Positions 59,439 through 64,000 of a DNA stretch of 64,000 bases are shown here, one piece after another; positions within the stretch are counted from its first letter, which is position 1; every line of letters starts with the position of its first letter. Source of the DNA: an uncultured Alphaproteobacteria bacterium (GTDB taxonomy: Bacteria; Pseudomonadota; Alphaproteobacteria; ATCC43930; CGMCC-115725). The stretch covers positions 178,120 to 242,119 of the forward strand of contig CAWEEA010000007.1 in the NCBI GenBank assembly GCA_963807985.1. The letters run 5' to 3'. The translations under genes and the position numbers were made by a program. The notes below the pieces were generated by a model. That model saw only the letters and a program-made list of their open reading frames with translations, was not told the DNA's origin and searched no databases.

Positions 59439-60358
59439 GTGACCAAAACCGTCGCATTGCTGATGGGCGGCTGGTCGCCCGAGCGCGAGGTGTCGCTGTC
59501 GAGCGGGCGGGAATGCGCCAAGGCGCTCGTCGACCACGGCTATCGGGTCAAGGCTGTCGATGTCGGCCGCGACCTGCCGGCATTGCTGCGCGCCCTCGAG
59601 CCGCGCCCCGAGGTGATCTTCAACGCCTTGCACGGCATCGGCGGCGAAGACGGCACGATCCAGGCCGTCTTCGAGATGCTGCGCATCCCCTACACCCATT
59701 CGGGCGTTCTCGCCTCGGCGCTGGCAATGCACAAGCCGACCGCAAAGATGGTCTTTCGTGCCGCCGGGCTGCCGGTCGTCGAGGGTGTCGTCGCCAGCCC
59801 CGAGGAACTCGCCGGCACGATCCGATGCCGGCGCCCTTTGTCGTCAAGCCGACCAATCAGGGATCGAGCGTCGGCGTGCGCATCGTCCGGATCGGCGACA
59901 ATTCCTGGCGCGAGGAGGTCGCGGGCTGGCGCTTCGGCGACGAAATCATGGTCGAGCGCTTTATTCCCGGGCGCGAGCTGACCGTCGCGGTGATGGGCGA
60001 TCGCGCGCTCGGGGTCTGCGAAATCGTCCCGCGCGGCAGCTTTTACGACTACACCGCAAAATATGCGCAAGGCGGCTCCGATCACCTGGTGCCGGCCCCG
60101 ATCCCCGTCCGGATCTACGAGGAGGCGCTCGACATCGCACTTCGCGCGCACTGGGCGCTCGGCTGCCGCGGCGTCAGCCGCGCCGATCTGCGCTACGACG
60201 ACACGCCGGAGGGCGACGGCCGGCTTTATCTGCTGGAGGTCAACACCCAGCCGGGCATGACCCCGACTTCGCTGGTTCCCGACATTGCCCGGCATGCCGG
60301 CATCGGCTTTGACGAACTGGTGGTGTGGATCGTGGAGAACGCGGCATGCGAGGGGTAA
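59439..60358 (+). pseudogene. ddl: D-alanine--D-alanine ligase with 1 frame switch as assembled
   Basis: [19 protein letters not shown]...[12 protein letters not shown]... | [15 protein letters not shown]...YDYTAKY...[10 protein letters not shown]. The switch is near 59815. Confidence 0.9.
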
Positions 60359-61204
60359 GGGCGGCGGTGCCGATGCGGCGTCGCCGCGCTGGCTGGACCG
60401 GGCGGCTGCGCCGCCTCGCCTGGTGGATCGGCGTTCCCGCTTTTCTCGCCGTCGCCGTTTACGGCACCGCGCTGTTCGGCCGATCCCCGCTCGGCCAGTC
60501 CGTCCTCCACGGCGCCTCGAGCCGTTTGCTCAGCGCCAGCGCGGCGATTGGCTTTCGGGTCGCCGACATCCGCGTCGAGGGGCGCGAAACCACCGATCGC
60601 GAGACGATCCTCGAATGCGCTCGGCGCTCGGCCCGGCACCCCGATCCTGGCGGTCGATCCGGTCCGCGCCAAGCAGCAGCTCGAAAGTCTGCCATGGGTC
60701 CGCTCCGCGCTGATCGAGCGTCGGCTTCCCGATACGCTCTACGTCCGCCTTGTCGAGCGCGAGCCGATGGCCTTGTGGCAGCACGGCGGCAAGATCGAGT
60801 TGATCGACCGCACCGGCGCGGTAATCCCGGTCACCCGTCTCGACCGGTTCGCCAAATTGCCGCTGGTCGTCGGTGAAGACGCGGCGAGCCACGCGAGCGA
60901 ACTGCTGGCGATGCTGGCGAGCGAACCCGACCTCGCCGCGCGCGTCACCGCGGCGGTGCAGGTCGGCGGCCGACGCTGGAATTTGCGCATCGACAATTCG
61001 ATCGACGTTCTGCTCCCTGCGGACGACCCAGCGGCGGCGTGGGCCGATCTCGCCCGCCTCCAACGATCGAGCGCTATTCTAAAGCGCGACGTTCAGGCCA
61101 TCGACATGCGTTTGCCCGATCGGCTCGTCGTGCGTGTCGTCCCAGAGCCGCCAAAGGAAGCCCCGCCAGCCAAGAAAGGACGCCCGCCGGCGAAGAATAC
61201 ATGA
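60346..61204 (+). pseudogene. ftsQ: cell division protein FtsQ with 1 frame switch as assembled
   Basis: TM helix WWIGVPAFLAVAVYGTALF, then FRVADIRVEGRETTDRETIL | GTPILAVDPVRAKQQLESLPWVRSALIERRLPDTLYVRLVEREP (POTRA). The switch is near 60615. The stop overlaps the ftsA ATG. Confidence 0.85.
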
Positions 61205-62562
61205 CCGCGATCGACGAGGTGTTGATGCGCGCGAGCGACCCGAAGGAGACCGCGACAACCGCAAAGCGCGGAAAGGGCGAAAAGACCAAATCGCGCCGGG
61301 CGCCGCGACCGCCCAAGCCGCCGCATCGGCCGCGCGGCAGCCTGATCGCGGCGCTCGATATCGGCACGACCAAGGTGTGCTGCTTTATCGCCCGGGTCGA
61401 GCCCGAGAAGCCGCAGGTCATCGGCATCGGCCATCAAATCTCGCGCGGCCTGCGCAACGGGGCGATCGTCGATCTCGAAGCGGCCGGCGCCTCGGTCGCC
61501 AACGCGGTGCACGCCGCCGAGGAGATGGCCGGGGAAACGATCCAGCAGGTCGTGGCCAATTTGTCGGGCGGTTTCTCGGCTTCGCGCATCATCAAGGCCG
61601 AGATCGGCGTCGCCGGGCGCGAGGTCGGCGAGGCCGAATTGCAGCGCGTGCTCGATCAAGGCTATCTGCTGCGCGAGCCCGGCGACCGCCAGATCATCCA
61701 TTCGGTGCCGGTCGGGTTCTCGATCGACGACAGCCGCGGCATCCGCGACCCGCGCGGCATGTATGGCGAGCGGCTCGGCGTCAACATGAACGTCGTGACG
61801 GCTGGCGCCGCCGGGGTGCGCAACCACAGCGCGGCGATCGGGCGCTCGCATCTCGACGTCGAGGCGTTGGTCGTCAGCCCTTACGCCGCCGGGCTCTCCT
61901 GCCTTGTCGAGGACGAAATCGGGCTCGGCGTGACGGTCATCGACATGGGCGGCGGAACGACGACGATCGGCGTGTTTTTCGACGGCAATCTGATCTTTGC
62001 CGATTCGGTGCCGGTCGGCGGCTGCCACGTCACCAACGACATCGCCCGCGGGCTGTCGACCCCGGTCGCTCATGCCGAGCGGATGAAAACGCTGTTCGGC
62101 ACCGCCATTTCCGCCAGCACCGACGAGCGCGAGATGATCGCCGTGCCGCAGATCGGCGAGGAGGAGGAAGGGCACGTCAACCATGTGCCGAAATCCCTGC
62201 TCGTCGGCATCATCGCGCCGCGCATCGAGGAGACCTTCGAGCTGGTGCGCAACCGGCTCGAAGCGAGCGGGTTCGACAAGGTCGCCGGCCGGCGCGTGGT
62301 GCTGACCGGCGGGGCCTGTCAACTGCATGGCGCGCGCGAATTCGCCGGCCTGATCCTCGACAAGCAGGTCCGCATCGGGCGCCCGCTGCGGGTTGCCGGC
62401 CTCGCCGAGGCGACTGCTGGTCCGGCCTTCTCGGCCGCCGTCGGTCTGCTCCATTTCGCGATGTCGGAGCGCGCCGAGACGCCGCACGCCGGGCGCGCGC
62501 CGGCCGGGCCGCCGAGCGGGATTCTCGGCCGACTGGGTCACTGGCTGAAGGAGAACATCTGA
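61201..62562 (+). CDS. ftsA: cell division protein FtsA (intact)
   Basis: Within ORF 61039..62562, with the ATG at 61201 overlapping the ftsQ stop (ATGA). ALDIGTTKVCCFIA, VIDMGGGTTTIGVF, VLTGGACQLHG (actin-fold phosphate motifs). No frame break found. Confidence 0.9.
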   Translation: MTAIDEVLMRASDPKETATTAKRGKGEKTKSRRAPRPPKPPHRPRGSLIAALDIGTTKVCCFIARVEPEKPQVIGIGHQISRGLRNGAIVDLEAAGASVANAVHAAEEMAGETIQQVVANLSGGFSASRIIKAEIGVAGREVGEAELQRVLDQGYLLREPGDRQIIHSVPVGFSIDDSRGIRDPRGMYGERLGVNMNVVTAGAAGVRNHSAAIGRSHLDVEALVVSPYAAGLSCLVEDEIGLGVTVIDMGGGTTTIGVFFDGNLIFADSVPVGGCHVTNDIARGLSTPVAHAERMKTLFGTAISASTDEREMIAVPQIGEEEEGHVNHVPKSLLVGIIAPRIEETFELVRNRLEASGFDKVAGRRVVLTGGACQLHGAREFAGLILDKQVRIGRPLRVAGLAEATAGPAFSAAVGLLHFAMSERAETPHAGRAPAGPPSGILGRLGHWLKENI

Positions 62563-62693
62563 GGCAAATTGTCGTTTTGATGCCGGCGCGGCTATCGGTA
62601 CCGGATAAAACCGGCTAAATCGATGTCGGCCAAAAGAGGGGGAAGCCCGGATCCGTCCGGGCATGATCGAGGCTGCGCAGCAGTGGAGGACAT

Positions 62694-64000
62694 ATGATCA
62701 ATCTGAGCATCCCGAGGGACGAGCAGGAGATGAAGCCCCGCATCACCGTTGTCGGGGTGGGCGGCGCCGGGGGAAACGCCGTCAACAACATGATCCGCTC
62801 GAATTTGGTCGGGTGTGAGTTCGTCGTCTGCAATACCGATGCGCAGGCGATGCAGCAATCGACCGCCCACCGCAAGATCCAGCTGGGGATCGGCGTCACC
62901 CGCGGGCTCGGCGCCGGGTCGCGGCCCGATGTCGGGCGCGCCGCCGCCGAGGAGGCGCTCGACGAAATTCTCGAAGCGATGCAGGGCTCGAACATGGTGT
63001 TCATCACCGCCGGCATGGGCGGCGGCACCGGCACCGGCGGCGCGCCGGTCATCGCCCGCATCGCCCGCGAAATCGGGAATTCTGACGATCGGCGTCGTGA
63101 CCAAGCCCTTTCATTTCGAGGGCAGTCACCGCATGCAGATCGCCGAAGCCGGGATCGAGGAACTGCAGAAATTCGTCGACACTTTGATCATCATCCCGAA
63201 CCAAAATCTGTTCCGTGTCGCCAATGAGCGCACGACCTTTGCCGACGCCTTCAAGATGGCGGACGACGTCTTGCATTCGGGCGTGCGCGGCGTCACCGAC
63301 CTGATGGTGATGCCGGGGCTGATCAATCTCGATTTCGCCGATATCCGCACGGTGATGAGCGAGATGGGCAAGGCGATGATGGGCACCGGCGAGGCCGAAG
63401 GCGACCGCCGGTCGATCGACGCCGCCGAGGCTGCGATCTCGAACCCGCTGCTCGAGGACGTGTCGATGAAGGGCGCCAAGGGCGTCCTGATCAACATCAC
63501 CGGCGGCCCCGACATGACCTTGTTCGAGGTCGATGAAGCCGCCAATCGCATCCGCGAGGAGGTCGATCCCGAAGCCAACATCATCTTCGGCTCGACCTTT
63601 GACGAAACCTTGTCAGGCAAGATGCGGATCTCGGTCGTCGCTACCGGCATCGACGCCGAGGCGCTGACCCAGGCGCGGCCGGCGATCAGCCTGGTCAGCA
63701 GCCGGGAGACGGTGCCGGCGCTCGCGCGAAGCGACCTCCGGGGGCTATACCCAGCCGGTGCTGACCCAGAACGCGGCGCAGCCGCCGCTCGAAGCAGGAC
63801 GAGACGCCGCCCGCGCCGAGCATGACAGCGAGCCGGTGCCGCAGGCGGCGGCAGCGGCCGAAAGCGTCGCGATGCGCGGCGGCGCCTTCATCGCCCCCAA
63901 GCCGGTCGATGCCGGTCCCGCCCGTCCGGTGCCGCTGACCCAGCCGGCGGTTCCGGTAACGCCGCCGATGCGCGATGCCGCGCCAAAACCGAAAGGGCGG
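62694..64000 (+). pseudogene. ftsZ: cell division protein FtsZ, partial at the right edge, with 2 frame switches as assembled
   Basis: [49 protein letters not shown] | [15 protein letters not shown]...NLDFADI... | [12 protein letters not shown]...AFIAPKPVDAG... remains open to position 64000. Switches are at AA 63079-63080 and near 63700-63750. Confidence 0.9.

Noticed and set aside
1-64000. CRISPR arrays, prophage modules, toxin-antitoxin or known defence-system gene sets
   Set aside because: I saw no regularly spaced direct repeats and no cas, integrase, terminase, capsid, restriction-modification or NTPase-nuclease pairs on either strand. The only nuclease-like genes are the small GIY-YIG copies.

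Overview
Visibly GC-rich alphaproteobacterial chromosome window. It looks Rhizobiales-like, judged only from gene content and order; no search was run. LEFT ~41 kb mixes housekeeping and accessory genes: (a) an exported LVIVD-type propeller gene and a decayed paralog fragment, then AlkB; (b) a PspA-like / YiaAB / Aas-like lipid-repair gene string facing a divergent TetR gene across three palindromic operators; (c) a FadB / thiolase / DUF35 block with an AT-rich ORFan wedged in, followed by transporters; (d) a hydrolase / methyltransferase / LLM oxidoreductase / 2x NIPSNAP / 2x amidase block; (e) tRNA-Pro(GGG) and era-recO-parC; (f) a small islet with truncated GIY-YIG and IS630 genes; (g) a GIY-YIG gene bounded by 44-45 bp inverted repeats. 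RIGHT ~18 kb holds RNase P RNA and the dcw cluster mraZ-rsmH-ftsL-ftsI-murE-murF-mraY-[murD absent]-ftsW-murG-murC-murB-ddl-ftsQ-ftsA-ftsZ; ftsZ runs off the right edge. Main observations: (1) the dcw genes and one amidohydrolase gene (41.9-43.0 kb) carry about 50 single-base frame switches by my hand count. Most are +1 and several sit in short homopolymers. Every segment still encodes recognisable protein and all inter-gene start/stop overlaps are intact. The left 41 kb has only about 4 such breaks. (2) murD is missing from its canonical slot. (3) Phased CCATG repeats overlap the mraZ promoter. I saw no CRISPR array, prophage or recognisable defence system, and no convincing evidence of a novel multi-gene system. 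All family calls come from motif recognition by eye.
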